Assembly: GCA_020137815.1 (NCBI GenBank)
Contig: CM035357.1
Coordinates: 4,340,001-4,404,000 of the forward strand
DNA from: Hormiphora californensis
Taxonomy: Eukaryota; Animalia; Ctenophora
Direction: 5' to 3'
DNA length: 64,000 nucleotides
The notes under the pieces are model-generated. The model ran no database searches, was not told the DNA's origin, and saw only the letters and a list, made by a program, of their open reading frames with translations. The translations under genes were made by a program, and so were the position numbers. Every line of letters begins with the position of its first letter. Position 1 is the first letter of the stretch. Positions 24,874-52,489 of the stretch are shown here, one piece after another.

Positions 24874-27445
24874 TCGAGAGAGCTCTCTCTCTGCTCTCCA
24901 TTGCGCTTCTAGGCGACTCTCCTTTTCCCGAGTGCATCGTTTTTTTTGGGACCCCCCGGAGTTTGCTTAGGGGAGGAAAAGGGAAAAGGGGGGGGAAAAA
25001 GACGGGGGAAGACCCAGCCCCAAAAAAAAAAAGGGGAGAAGACCCCAAAAAAAAGGTTGGGGAAAAAAAAGGGGGGGGAAAAGAAAAAGTCCCCCTTACT
25101 CCTTTTTTTTCCCCCCCCCCCGCTGCACCAAAACCCTTAAAAACCCCTCTTCTTTTAAAATTAGGGGAGATACCCCCAAATTAAAAAAAAAATTTTCATC
25201 TTTTTCAAAAACCCCCCAAACAAAAACCCGGGGTTTTTTTTTAAAAAAAGCGGGCAAAAAACAAATACCCCCCAAGGGGAAAAAATTAAACTTTCCTTTT
25301 TTTAAAATTTTTTTTAAATTTCCCACCCCCCCAAAATTTTAAACTTCCCCCCCCCCCCCCCTCCCCGGTTCATTTTAACAAACAAAGGGAAATTTAAAAT
25401 TTTTTTTGGCCCCACATTTCGGGCCCGGGGGCAAAAGGGGGGGTCAAATTAAAAAACGTTTTTGAGGACCCTTCCTGCCTGGTTTTGATCTTGGATCTGG
25501 AAGAATTTTGTTCAATTAAAAGGGGGGTAGGTTGCTTGGTGAGGGAAAAGAGAGGAAGGGGAGGGGGGGAGAGAAGAGAGAGAGGGGAAGGAGGGGGGGA
25601 AGTGACAAGAAAGAAAAGAAGAAGAGAGAGAGAGAGAAGGGGGGAAGAGAGAGAGGGGGAGGGGGAGAGGGGAGAGAGAGAGAGAGAGAGAAGGAGAGAG
25701 GGGGAGGGGAAAAGGGGAGAGAGAGAGAGGAGAGAGAGAGGGGAAGAGAGAGGGGAAAAGAGAGGGGGGGAGAGAAAAGAGAAAAGAGAGGGGAGAGAGA
25801 AGAGAGGGGAGGAGGAAGAGAGAGGGGAGAGATATTGCGACACGACACGGGGGTATTTTACCAACCACAAACAATTCATTTGCTTGTTAAAATTTCCCCA
25901 AACCCTTTCTCTCCCCATGCCCTCTTTAAAATTTTCACCCTTTTAAAACCACCCGGGCCTTAGAACGGGTTAACCCCCTTTAAAACCCTTTCATTTAATA
26001 CGACTTGTAAAACACCCCCGAAGGGAAAAGGGGCATTAATTATGCACAATTTTTCCCCCACCCCCAAATCTCTACCCCAAAAACCCAGTTTGCAGTGCAG
26101 TATTACAGCAGGGGGGTGGAATATAGTAAACCGACTGTGTTCAGGAATGAATGAACACGTAGTAGATCTGTTATACATGACAGTTTAATCTTTACACCAC
26201 GCCTAGTTCCATCTCACTTCTGTGAAACTTCAGTCTATGACTAAACGCTAAATGCCATTTATTTCTCATTTCCTCTCACTCTCTCTCATGTTTTTGCCTC
26301 ACCTAAAAAGTATTATCATAGATATAGCCTCCCACAATTATCATATCACATGGTTTGATTTGTTATGTTCTAACCCTCGAGCTTGGCAAGTTTTGATACT
26401 ACATGGATACAATAAGGCTTATTAAAAAAGGAAGGGCGGTGTAAATGTGTGATACCACTATACTGTGCAATATACCAGAGTTACACTGTATCAAACTAGT
26501 GTGTATCGTGTGTATAACATCTCTATATTATGTATGTGTAACACATGTGTAACTCTCTGTGTACTGTGTGTCCCCCTGTATGTTTGTAACATGTGTGTGT
26601 AACATGTGTGTAACATCCCCCACGGCCCACAGTGTATAGTAGTGTATATCAAAACACACACTACTACTCACGCACTTGACTTGCTACGTTAAACACACCA
26701 CGTATATACTACTATAGTACTATTAGTATATACACAACATGCCCCCCTAAACACATAATATGTACCACAACGCCACCCCCCCCCCCCGCGAAAATTGTAC
26801 TTAAACAACCAACACATACATTAGCACCTAGGCCCATACGAACGGCATGTTGAAAATAAAAATGAAATTGGTGGCTTTATAAACAACCACGAACCATACC
26901 CTTGTTGGGGAAAAATACATACCCCAGTTTTAATATCCTAGGGCAAAGACATGGGCGCTTACGAATAAGGATATAGGATAAAGACTAGTGAAGAAAAAGA
27001 ACACGAGATGTAAGACAATGAGAATTTTAAAGGTGATTATACCAAGAAATTTAGGCCGTTAGGTGCGGCACGTCCAATAGGTCCCTTGTCTTCGGGGCAC
27101 ACGGCAACAAGGAGGTGGGCATATACCTCAGAGTCTTTGATATCCTGGGGAGGTGAAGTGGTTAGGAGGTGAAGTGGTTAGGAGGTGGGTTAGGAGGTGA
27201 AGTGGTTAGGAGGTGAAGAGGTTAGGTGGGTTAGGGAAGGTGGGCATACACCTCGGAGTCTTTGATATCCTGGGGAAGTGGGGGTGGTTAGGAGGTGAAG
27301 TGGTTAGGGAACTGGGAAGGTGGGCATTAACTTGTGAGTTAGGGAAGTGCACTTCATAACCCTCTTTTAAGTGGTTATGGTTTGGTTTTGAAGGTAAATA
27401 TTATATGTTTGTGTAATGGAGTTACTTCATTTTATAGAAGGGGGA

Positions 27446-27544
<99 letters not shown>

Positions 27545-30500
27545 CAATGTCCTGAGGGGTGACAGTGGAAGGAGACACACACACAAACACACATAATATT
27601 CAGGATATATGTATGTCACTAAATGGAGCCCAGAGTGCTACTAAATGGTACTAAAAATAGGTCTATGATCACTTGTAATTAGTACATGTCTACCATGATA
27701 CTAACACGGGGGACTGCTATCTACTGACAAGGCAAATATAATGCAGTCAGATGATTCATAAGTTTTCAGAAGTTTCAGAAGCTTTCAGAAGTTTTCAGAA
27801 GTTTTCAGAAGTTTTCAGAAGTTCCTAATTCTACAGACTATAAAATCTGTTTAGACTGTATAAAAAGTTTATAATTCCCCCGTTCTTACAGTGGTGAAGT
27901 TCTTGACAACTCGTTTACAGCCCACTTTGTTAAGCTGGTAGTTGACCCATCGGCAGAGGATCTCTTCAGGAGACATGGCCAACAGTTGTTCTGAAATGTA
28001 GGAGAGATATTAAGAGGGGGATAGAGAGATATTAGAGGGGGATAGAGAGGGGGACAGAGATATGTGCTAAACTCGTAAGCACTACAGCTGTTGTAGAACG
28101 GAAACTGGGGCATGAAATGTCATAAAATGTGTACGTGTGTAGGTCGTAGAACCATGCACCTGGGTACGTGTGTGTGTGTGTTACTGAGGCACATTTTGAT
28201 TATTGTAACTTTACCTGACTCATCTCTCCCTGCCTCTCTCTCTATCTCTCACCCTCTCTTCACCCTCTGTCTCTTCGCCCTATCTCTCTCACCCTCCCTC
28301 CCTATCTATCTCTCTCCAACATCTCTCCTTCTACCTGCCTCGCTATCTTTCTATCTCCCCCTCTCACTGTGCCCTCATCTCTCTCCCCCATCTCTAACTT
28401 GGTAATATATTCTCCTATGACAGCGAGGCGGCCTTCATTTTGGTTTGTGACGGACCGTCGCGTGGTAAATTAGAGAGGACTATCTCATTCCCTCTCTGTT
28501 ACACACAATCTAATCTTGGGTAGACAAAAGATAGAGTTTATTGAAAGAGAGAAAGAGAGAAATAGAGAGGAAAAGAGAGACATAGAAATCAGAGAGATAG
28601 AAAGCAATGTAATAACTGGTGCACCCAAACGGAACCCACAAACACAATCTACATTCTACCCGCCCTATCTTTCAAAATCCCAATAATACAAAAGCTGCCC
28701 GAAAATGCGTGGTAAGCTTGAAATGAAAAATATTTCGTTTGCAAGATTACTTACCGAGAGATTCGAACTCATCCAGCAGAGCCCTCAATCCGGGGCAATC
28801 CTTGAGGGTTATCTTTGCCATGAGACCGATCCTGATGATCTGAAGAGAGGTACTTGTGAGTCATCTTATATATATGTATCGCATCAAATTCTAGGTTTGA
28901 AAAACAGAGCCAAGCAAAGTATTGGTGTACTGTTTGTACACAGTGTACAAACAATATTCTGCTCACACAAGAAACATGGAATGCATTATTTTTGTACCCC
29001 AAAATATATGCCAAACAACTAAATCATGGCCATGGGGCATGGTTACCTCCAATGGTAACCAATGATTACTATGGTTACCTCCAATGGTTAGTGGTTACCA
29101 ATGGTTACCATGGTTACCTCCAATTTGGTAGGCGGGGTAACATCAGGCCCAACTGTGACTGAAGCACCACTGTGTTTCCACGACACACAAAACATGACTA
29201 ACTAGACTGAACTTGAGATCCATCTATCTATCTATCTCTCTATCTCTCTCCCTGTCCCCCTCTATCTATCTCTCTATCTCTCAATATCTTCTCTACTCAA
29301 TGTTGTAATATGAAAGCAGATAATTGTGTATCAAAACATTCTTTGTCAACTTTTTAACTAAAACGTGAATCATTAAGCAGCTACTATTTCCGTTTAATTC
29401 TTTCACTATCCATCTGTCTTATCTCTTTCTCTCAATTTCTCTCTCACTTTCTCTCCACCACAACTAAGTAGCTATATCTTTACCTGCCAGAGAAGACCCA
29501 AGCAGAGATGAGGTTTTCCCTCGATCAGATCCTGAGCTCCAATACTGATCACATAACAACCAATGGCAATACAGGAGTTCAGAGCCAGGGTTTGATTCTC
29601 CTGGATCTTGAAAATGGAGAGTTTTCCATTTGCATCGGGTACATTCAGAGCTCTCTCGTCAACGGTATCGGGGACAGAGTCGTTAACCAGTTTACTGGAG
29701 GAGGGAGATCAGGGGATTAATTGAACTATTCAACTTACTTCTGATGATTCAAATCACAATATATTTATTAATCCACTCCTTTACTATCATATTTTAAAAC
29801 ACGATCCCCCCCTGAGCCCCCCACCCCCTGAGGGCCCTTCATTACTCACTTCATGATGATACCGTTATGTAGAGCTTTGAAAAGAGACTCTCCATCCTCC
29901 TTGATAGGAAGGATTCCCTTCAGCTGAGGGTCTTTTACCAGCCTAAAGTTAATCCAGTCCACAAAGGCAAGTTTCTCCTGAGAGGTAAGAATTGTAAAAG
30001 AGATTTGATAAATTGTCAAGAAACAGCCGCAATAATTACGGTAATTACTGGAATTATTCCAGTTTAGAATAGCCTGATTTAAGTTTATATCAGAATGAAA
30101 TTACAAAATGTTTTAGGGATATAGACTCTAGTTCTGACAGTTTTTATAATGGAACGGATCGTTTCATTGAGTCTCAGGTTTGGGTCGCCTGACACAGTAT
30201 AAACCGTATATAAACAATTGAAGATCAGGCCACTGCCCTGACAGTTCCCCTATTTACCTCCTCACTGTAGGTGTGAGTAGTCCACGAGTTTCCCTTCTCG
30301 TTTCCTTTCTGGACATGAATCTTCTTCGCTTCATCCATTGGCTTGATGGTTTGTTTGAAGTTGTTCTTCGTCTTCACTTGGTTCAGAATCTAGAAGAGAG
30401 AATTGTGTTAGAATCATGTAGTGATAGTTGATAGCATTGGAAACTTTTTAGGGTGTTATTGAATTTCGTTAAATCGATTTTTGCTGTGATTTTTGCTGGG

Positions 30501-30595
30501 AAGGGATTTTTAAAAAGCTTTAAGAAATTTATTGTGAGTGCTTTTTTAGAGACTATGAAATTATTTCACTACGATGGGGCAACAATTTGTGAGAG

Positions 30596-30661
<66 letters not shown>

Positions 30662-31850
30662 CTATGTAATCGATGATGGGATTAAATCTGGGAGAATATA
30701 TTCCTGCTGTTTTCATTACCAGTGTGTACTACCTGGGTTACTAGCTGATAGGGGAGAGGTTGTGTGACGTAATTGGGTGACGTCATCGTGAACACAGGAG
30801 ATCATTACTATCTATAGACTAGCAATAAATCTCTTGTTTTTTGTTTACAATAACAATCTTTCCCTGCTCTCTCACTAGTTAAAGTAACAATCTCACCTTA
30901 CTCTCTCGCTAGTTAAAGTAACAATCTCACCTTGAGGAATTCATCAAAGGAGATGGTTCCATCCTTGTAACTATCACAGATATCTCGGACTTTGAACCCG
31001 GGTACCTTCGCTCCACACTGGGTGAGGGCATCACCCAGGCTGTTGGTGGTGATACTTCCATTGCCAGCGGGGTCGAACTGAAAAAAGGGGGGGGGTTAAG
31101 ATGTTGTAATAATTGTAAGTGGGGCCCTACTTAGGGGTAATATTTAGTTAAAAACTGTAAGCCATGGTTCGGGAGGGGGGTGGTTGGTAAGTTAGTTCCA
31201 AGGAATTGTTCCGTGGAATTTTGCCAAGTCGTCGGATCGTGTCAGTTTCTCAAGGTGTTAAATATGTGTTTTCTCTTTTTACACAAGATGGATTTTGAAG
31301 TAATTGAGATCGTGAGGAGGTTACAAGGAACTGGAATAAGCTTGTTATGTTCTAACCCTCCTTTGAGAGAGAGGGTGGAACGAACCAAGAAGAAGGGGGT
31401 AGTAAGTTGAGAGATAAAAAGAAGAGGCGGTCAGTTGAAAAAGAATAACTATTATATTTGTCTTGGATATATTACATAAAGTTTGTAAGATAAACAATCC
31501 TAATGAAATGTCATTTATTGAGTGAGTAAAAGAGTAATTCGGGATCGAGTTAGACCGATCGCTTATTATATGAACTATAACCTCGATATAATCTAGTCTA
31601 GCTAACGTGTTTCTTTGGAAATACAAGGACATCATCAACATCCCCACAAATATATCTATTTAATTGACAACATGTGTCTATTTATGGCCAGAGGGGGGTC
31701 CGAGGGCCAAAAAATGCACTTTTCTGATACTTATACTCAATATTGATCCATTCCTAATAATACAATATTCACCTGGTCGAAAGCCTCTCTGAACTCAATA
31801 AGACTCATTGTGGATACATCCCTCGTGAGAGGGGGTGGAGAGGTTGTCAT
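23097..31850 (-). CDS. PLS: Plastin/fimbrin (EF-hands + 4 CH domains)
   Basis: Exons 31850-31773, 31077-30931, 30389-30258, 29977-29850, 29694-29484, 28839-28755, 27990-27890, 27144-27043, [exon(s) unreadable in 24880-26090], 24707-24619, 24333-24189, 23987-23820, 23639-23518, 23411-23325, 23171-23097. Motifs [109 protein letters not shown]. Confidence 0.95.
24880..26090. other. Error-rich, homopolymer-inflated segment (probable unpolished long-read consensus) hiding plastin exons
   Basis: Abrupt switch to long A/C/G/T runs and a degraded (GA)n tract. It sits exactly where the end of CH2 and the CH2-CH3 linker are missing. Confidence 0.8.
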
Positions 31851-33400
31851 GGCTTCTGGATGGACGATTGTTGGGAACTAAATTATTTTATTGATAAACC
31901 TAAATAATTGGCAATAAAACAATTTCGCGAGGAACGGAATAAGGAGAAATTGAAACTGAATACAGGGATAGGCGTCTAGAGTAATATAAGCATAGGTTAT
32001 TAGGAGCAGATGTGACGGCCACAGCCCGGTGTCAAAAGAAATAGTGAGATGAGATAGAGAGAGTGAGCGAGAGAGAGATAGATAGAGAGAGAGAGAGACA
32101 GAGAGAGTTTGAAAGAGGCGAGGCAGATGAGATTGCGTAGCCAGTGAAATCACATTTGATGAAATCCCGTGTGTTTACTAACCCACTATCTCTCACTCCC
32201 TCTCTCCCCTTCTCCTTTCCTCTCTTTCTCTCCGACTGACACAGTGGGTTTTTCAGTAGCAGTGATCCGGAACTCTGAACAACTTAAGCCCCATAAATCG
32301 AGAGTCAATTAACTGTATCTCTCTCCCTCTCTTTCTCCCTCTCTCTCTCTCTCTCCCTCTCTCTCTCCCCCCTCTCTCTCTCCCATGCTACTTCCCAGTT
32401 CACACCCGACACACAAGTGCTGACAGGACCTAAACTCACTAGGGAATTCAGAAAAAAGCACTTTTGGCATTCTATAGCTCAACTAATTACTAAAACTTTC
32501 AAGTTTTCAACTCTATCAAGAAATAAGATTAACTATCGTTTAAAGTTTCAGAACTTTTGAGAAAGAAACAACCAAGAGAAGGTACATAAAACACTCTCCA
32601 CCTCATGAGACTAAAAGACCTGTAAGCAAAGCAGGTAAAAGGCTCTCTCTCTCTCTCTCTCTCTTCCATTCACAATATATTTCTCTCACCCCATTCACGA
32701 TATTTCTCTCTCCCCACCCCCTTTTGATAGTTCATTCAGTGCATTAATGATTATCTTTTATGTTTCATTTTCACCGTGTTGAGAGGTGGCGAGGATATAT
32801 TGTGATAGTTTTTATCCGAGAAATATATAATGTTTCAGAACTACAGATCTTCAAACTGCGAAGTTGAACGTTGAGTACTACCAATTCGGCCTAACCCCTC
32901 GCCCTCCAATCTCCATCCTACACCCACGTTTATCTTCTCATATTTCACTCATGGCTCCATGTTTCTGAACCACCCTGTATTTCTACCTTGTGGGTTGTAG
33001 GGATACACGAGTCGGTAAAATTAGGTTTAGGTGTGATAAAATTACACATAAAACCTATGTCGTCTCTTCTCTTGTATCAAATTGAACAATATCAGGGTCC
33101 AGGGAACAATATTGGGCAACATGAAAACATGCAATTTAAACACACATAAAAGGAATACATTTAGGAACAAGATTTTTAATATCTTTTCTGGCTACATTCT
33201 CTCATTTCTCTCATTTCTCACACAATCCTGATCAGATCTCATTCATAATAAAATGAATACATATATTGAACAGGGAGGAGGAGAGTACACAGCAAACCGC
33301 AAAGAGAAGGAGATTATACCATCGAGTTGGAAGCATTGCCGATCAGGCCAGGCCGGGCGGAAACGAGTTGTAATTTTGAAACAGGGGCCGCTCACAAAGA

Positions 33401-33506
<106 letters not shown>

Positions 33507-34484
33507 GAGAAGGATTGCGGTGCAGTACACAGGGCATGAGTCATAATATATTATATAAACTAGGGGAGGGGTTACAACCAATTGTGAGTGCTCCATTTTA
33601 GTCACGTGACCGGCAATGCTCGACATTGTTCCCCCTACTGTGCATGTACAAATAATAAAGAGAAACACATGCTGTGCCACGTGATACAGCCACGTGATCT
33701 ACCATATAGAGATGTACCCTCGGAGAAAAGAGACAAAGGAGATAGGAGAGGAGACAATGGCAACTAGCCGTCCTAGGGTGGAATTAAGGTGGTATTAGGG
33801 TGGAACTAATATATGGTGGGGTTTTTGGGGAAGGTGGAATCGGTTCCCGATACAAAATTAATCAATGATCAACTATGGAATGTTGTATCTTAGTAACGAG
33901 AGGTTGAGTGACGAGTGACAACGTAAAGTGACAGAAATGAAAATATTGGATAAATGGTCTAAGAGAAAGAAAGATAAAGAAAGACAGGGAGAGAGATGGA
34001 AAGACAGGGAGAGAGAAAGAAAGAAGTAGAAAGATCGAGAGAGAAAGAGAGTTAGTTATTAAAAGAAGGATACATTAAATGTGTAACATAATCGCATCCG
34101 TCCGTGAGAGAGTTACTAGCAGAAACCCTACCAACAAAACACCAAGCACCACGATCTATTGAACTCCTCCTGATGATAATGTAGAGTGGGACAGACGCTA
34201 AAACATGATGAGAGAGAGACACACGAGTACTACTGCAGCTGACATAAAACATTCTTGCGTCCTCTTTTTAGTTCGAGAATGTCATATGAGTAGAATTCTG
34301 TCAGGGTCAAGTCATCAAATTGTAAGTGATTGATAAGTAACATGATTGATTACTGCTAAATAATTGTGTGGCTCACCCCACGGTGCACCGTCATTTGTTT
34401 TGTTTCTGTGAGGATTAGGTAGATCAAGGTAAATCAGATTCTGATAAATCGGGATGGTAAAAAATAAAATTAAAGTTGGTTTAC

Positions 34485-34529
34485 CTTATCAAAGCATTCC
34501 TTTATCTCCTCAGGTGATTCACAAGACAT
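34485..34529 (-). CDS. PLS: Alternative first coding exon of plastin (MSCESPEEIKECFDK)
   Basis: ATG...AAG|GTAAA phase-0 donor. The peptide parallels the EF-hand entry helix IEFREAFDQ and joins FDPAGNG in frame. Acceptor TTTCTAG lies 17 nt upstream of the ATG. Confidence 0.75.
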
Positions 34530-36345
34530 ACTTGGACCCTGGCTAACTAGAAATAAGATAAGAGGTGAGTTGGAAAGTTGGAACAAGGGGAAGATCAGAT
34601 GAATGTTAATAAAATATCAGCGAATTAACAAAATATCAAGGAGGATGAGAAGAGTGGACAAGCAAATAGGAAACAGAAATTAATGTGTGTGAGCGGGGAG
34701 GAGGAGGTTGGTAGAACTGAGATAAGAGTAGTTGGTGTGAAAGGACATCCTACTGCAATGGTGGCCTCCCATTGGCTACTCAAATGTCACGTGATAATAT
34801 TACAGTGAGCTCATTGGCTGAGGCGAGTTGCCCCCTCACATATATGGCGATAAACTCGGAGCCGTGTCAAATGTCAAGCCCCTCGACGGCTTGGAATTCT
34901 ACTTGGCCGAGTTTTCTCTCTCTCTCTCGGCGGTGCTATACTTAACATACATGCAAGATCTGCTGCAGCGACATTGATCAAGAAAGAGAGAAAGAGAGAC
35001 ACTGATAAATAAAAGATAGTCGAGAGAGGTGCAACACTCAATCAAGTAACATAAACAGACTAGCCGCAGAGTGCTACTAATGTTTATTTTTCCACACAAC
35101 AATCAGACTATTTAACGCACAATGTTTTGTGTACGGCAGGGGATTATTTAAAGCGATGCTACCTTTCTCTCTCTCACTCTCTTTCTTTCTATCTCTCTCT
35201 CACACAATATCTCTCACTATCTCGCTAATCTCTCTCTATGTCACTATCTCTTTATCTTTCCATCTTCTAATCTTTCTCTCTCCTCTATTTATCTCTCTTT
35301 ATTTCTTTGTATAATACGAATCATAATGCGGCACTATAATATCTTTCAATGCGGAAACAGATTCATTAACACACCAAAAACCGGGGAAATTAAACACCGG
35401 TCGGAATAATGATCTATAGAAATTTTGAACCGTTCTCTCGCGTTTTACAAAAATAAATACTCAGGACCATTGAGACAGTACGGACAGTCCAACGGAATGA
35501 AGGCAATATAATACTAGCTGTAGCTCTAAAAAACAGGCAGTGAATGTGTACACGACAGTGAATAATACTGTGTAAAACTGTAATTTTGTGATTTAAATCA
35601 TTACATATGGAAGAGACACAAGTCTAGTCTGAATAAGTTGTACACACTTAAATACATGGAAAACAAAACTCTTGCAAGTTCAATTCTTATTGACCATGTT
35701 TGTGTGGCGACACGCTGCATGATACAACAAACAAGAAAAGATATTGATTAAAGAGAGATGGAGGGAGATAGAGAGGGAGGAGGGAGGAGGGACAGTGAGA
35801 GTGAGAGAGAGACAGGGCGATAGAGGGATAGAGAGAAAGAAACAGGTATATTTGAACAAGTATTTGCCTGCCTCGAAGTGTCACAAGAGAAAGGTGATGT
35901 GACCGCTTCAAATTATTATATGTATACTGAAATAATAATAATAAAACGTGAAACGAGACAGCTGATGAGCTAATTAGTCTCTGTTTGTACTAGCAGTCTT
36001 TATCATGTTTCAAGTCTTTATTATGTTTCAAGTTTATGTGACCTCATATCATTGTGCACAATTGGTGGTAAATAGTTGAAAAGTATTATTCTGACTTCGT
36101 AATTTTCGAACTCTAACCCTGTACTATGCCTTTTTGCAAAGCAATAAAGCATCAGGGTGAATGCATTCGGCATTCACAGTGGCAGGCGAAAAATATGTTG
36201 GGATATAGAAATAGAGAAAGGAAGGTTATTTTGGACACATGATTGATAGTATACTGTGATACATGCATGAATGTAAAGTGAAGATCCATTAGCAAATCAG
36301 AGAGTGATAAAAGATGGTGAGAGAGAGAGAGATAGAAAGAGAGAG

Positions 36346-36434
<89 letters not shown>

Positions 36435-36785
36435 TCCCATATATATCCCATATATATGTACTGCCATATACGTGAATTAATTGATTGCTACTGAACTAAA
36501 TACGTTAGTGAATCAATTGAGATCAGCGTCAACATCTTGAAATCCTATTCCTCCAACGATGATTATCCATGTCTGGAAGGTTCTTCACGAGGTAGTCCCA
36601 AACGGCACCGGTCTCCTGTTTACCGAGCACACCCGTCACCAGAGGTTGAGCAGTTGATTGAAGAATTGAGAGAGCTGGTACACTACCTCGCTCTAAACTC
36701 CATATATGCTGGCCCTTACAACCCAATCTTCGGTGTAAGAGGAGTACAGCTTGATTGGAGAACTAGCTGACCCTAGAGAGCTGAA

Positions 36786-37143
36786 ATAGTGAACCATAAT
36801 AAGGTTCAAGAGCCTCTAAGAGCATCCAAGAGCGGTCCACAGATGACAGATCCAAGAGCGCACCAGGACCAGAAGAGCACCCCATCCAGAAGAGACTGTG
36901 CGCAAGGGATACCACAGGTAGAAGAGGTCGCACGTGCAAATACAACGCCGCGGACATCTTCTGTGCATGGTATCCCATGCGCATCGTATCTTCTGGATGG
37001 GGAGCTCTCTTGATTGTGGTCTCTTCTGGGTTTGGTTCGCTCTTGATTGTGGTCTCTTCTGGGTTTGGTTCGCTCTTGGATATGGTCTCTTTTGGATAGG
37101 GTTCGCTCTTGGAGGCTCTTGAACTTAATTATGGTTCACTATC
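36786..37143. mobile_element. MITE-like element with ~40-bp TIRs and an internal 27-bp repeat
   Basis: atagtgaaccataataaggttcaagagcctc / gaggctcttgaacttaattatggttcactat. Confidence 0.65.
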
Positions 37144-37955
37144 ATAGAAGTATGTTTTGATTTTCATCATGACTTGGTTGATCCTATCCTTTTAACCCCT
37201 CACCTGGGTTTTGTGAAATTTTCAACGGCCATAGCTCCACCTCCTGATGAGATAGAGACTTGAAATTTTGAGGTTGGGTAGATCTTATTGAGTTCAACTT
37301 CAAAAAATCCGACTTTATCTCGTGAGGGGACAGAACAAAGGTGGTGGAGCGTATAACCTTTAACAAACACCAAGTTGCTTGGAGAAACAACAACCCCAAG
37401 TTGGCAAACGTTGCTGGCCCCCGTTGCTTGGGTTTTCTTTTCACGTTTCCTGAAAAAATTTTCCGCGCCGTTTTTTTTGGCAAACACGCGCGCCGCGTTG
37501 GGACGTATGCGCTGCAGTACCCTAGCGCGCGTTTTTACTTAATTTTTTTAAAACTGTATTTTAAAAAACCCAAAAACTTTTTTAACTGTTCTGACTTCTC
37601 CGGTTCATAACGGGAGCGTTGGAAAGATGAATTCTCTATCGTATCCTGTCTCGCGCCGCCAGATAGGATACGATCACCAGAGGGTGAGAACAGTTTAAAA
37701 ATGAATTTACAAAACGAACCGCTTCAAAACTTTACATCTGTTTATTGCAAATCCCACCACCGGAGGCAAAGGATCATTGCGATTATTGATTAACTCTACA
37801 TATTTAGGACCCCCATGCAAATAAAAGGTCAAATCAAATGCCCAGGGGGATGCCAAACAATGTTTTTTAACATATGAAACAGTGAAAGGGGTGAATGGTG
37901 ATGATTACAACTTACACGATTAAATGACCAATAATTATCAAACAGCTATGTTAAT

Positions 37956-43006
<5,051 letters not shown>

Positions 43007-43496
43007 TGTTGTTACATATTAGATGTTTTGGCTGTGTGATGAATTTGTGTAAATATTTGTGTGAAGATTAATTAATTTCAATTTACATTTCTTCAGAAAT
43101 TGTTATTCAAGCAGTTTTTCCTTGGTAGAATAAGTTAGGTTAATTACAAAATGTATAAAAGGGTTAAAAATTCGCTAAAACATCTGCCTTCGCCGCCAAA
43201 TATTAAACAGGTAGAGTACAAGCAGCCACAAACGAATGGTCTGATCAGACCCAGTCGGCTTGGTCGGACTAATCAGGCTCTTTCACCCCTTATTGGGATT
43301 TACCGGGATTCTGGCGAAAATAGTTTTGCCCGGTTAATTGGGGTAAATTGGTGTCCATTTGAGTCAAAACTAGCCACGGATTTCCCAAAGTTAGCGTCAA
43401 CTTTGGGCACTCGGTTGGTTCTTAATAATGTCTAAACACATAATTAATAACCACTCCACTACTCGACCCTCACCAGCCAGTGTCCAGGACTGCAAA

Positions 43497-51711
<8,215 letters not shown>

Positions 51712-51964
51712 CTAAAATAACAAAAAGAGATATTTAGGCTAATGATTATGTGCTAATTTGTCATAATTTGAGAAGGAATTGAAAACAAAGGACTAATAAT
51801 ATTCTTGTCGCCATTATTGTGAACATAATACACTGTTATTCTGACAAGAATGCTGATTTTGTTATCCCAGATTGCCTTGCTCGACCCTATTTTCATAATT
51901 CATATTACATATAATATGTAATCGATTTATCTCTCTCTACTGCACTGTTCCACTGTTCATCTCG

Positions 51965-51995
<31 letters not shown>

Positions 51996-52489
51996 CTTCG
52001 GCTCTCTCTGCTCTCTACTCTCTCTCTCTTCTCTGCGCTCTCTGCTGCTCTTCTCTCTCTGCTCTCTCCTCTCCTCTCTCTCCTCTCATCATCTGCTCCT
52101 CTCTCTGCCCTCTTTCTCCCTATTTTTTTCCAATATCATCATCCTACGTAGGCCTACTACATACTATACCTTAAAACCTACTACTTAGGATCAGCCTTCC
52201 GTTATGTGTGATTTTTAGCGTGAGTCTGTGAACCTTCTGCTGCAGTCCCTTAACTCCTGTATGCTCAAAATGGCCATTTCACACAGTAATATTCTGCAGT
52301 ACCCCACCGGCCACCCCACCCCACTTACACTGATGGGTGGGGTGGGGGAGGGGTACTGTAGAATCTTACTACGTGACGGGCAGTTTCAGCAGTCTAGATC
52401 AAAACGGTTCCAGCATGTCTGTTGGCGCCAAACAGATTCCGGTTGGAGGCAACCCGATATTTTATTTTTAGTGAAAATGAAAATGTTGA

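Noticed and set aside
34770-34850. CCAAT boxes, E-box and near-CArG motif upstream of the distal plastin exon
   Set aside because: Short motifs, imperfect CArG and unknown TSS, so it cannot be supported.
36529-36785. Coding-looking ORFs on both strands
   Set aside because: No recognisable domain and no consistent splice partner.
37191-37896. piggyBac-like element (TTAACCCC start, CAGTGAAAGGGGTGAA end)
   Set aside because: TIRs too degenerate and the sequence looks noisy.
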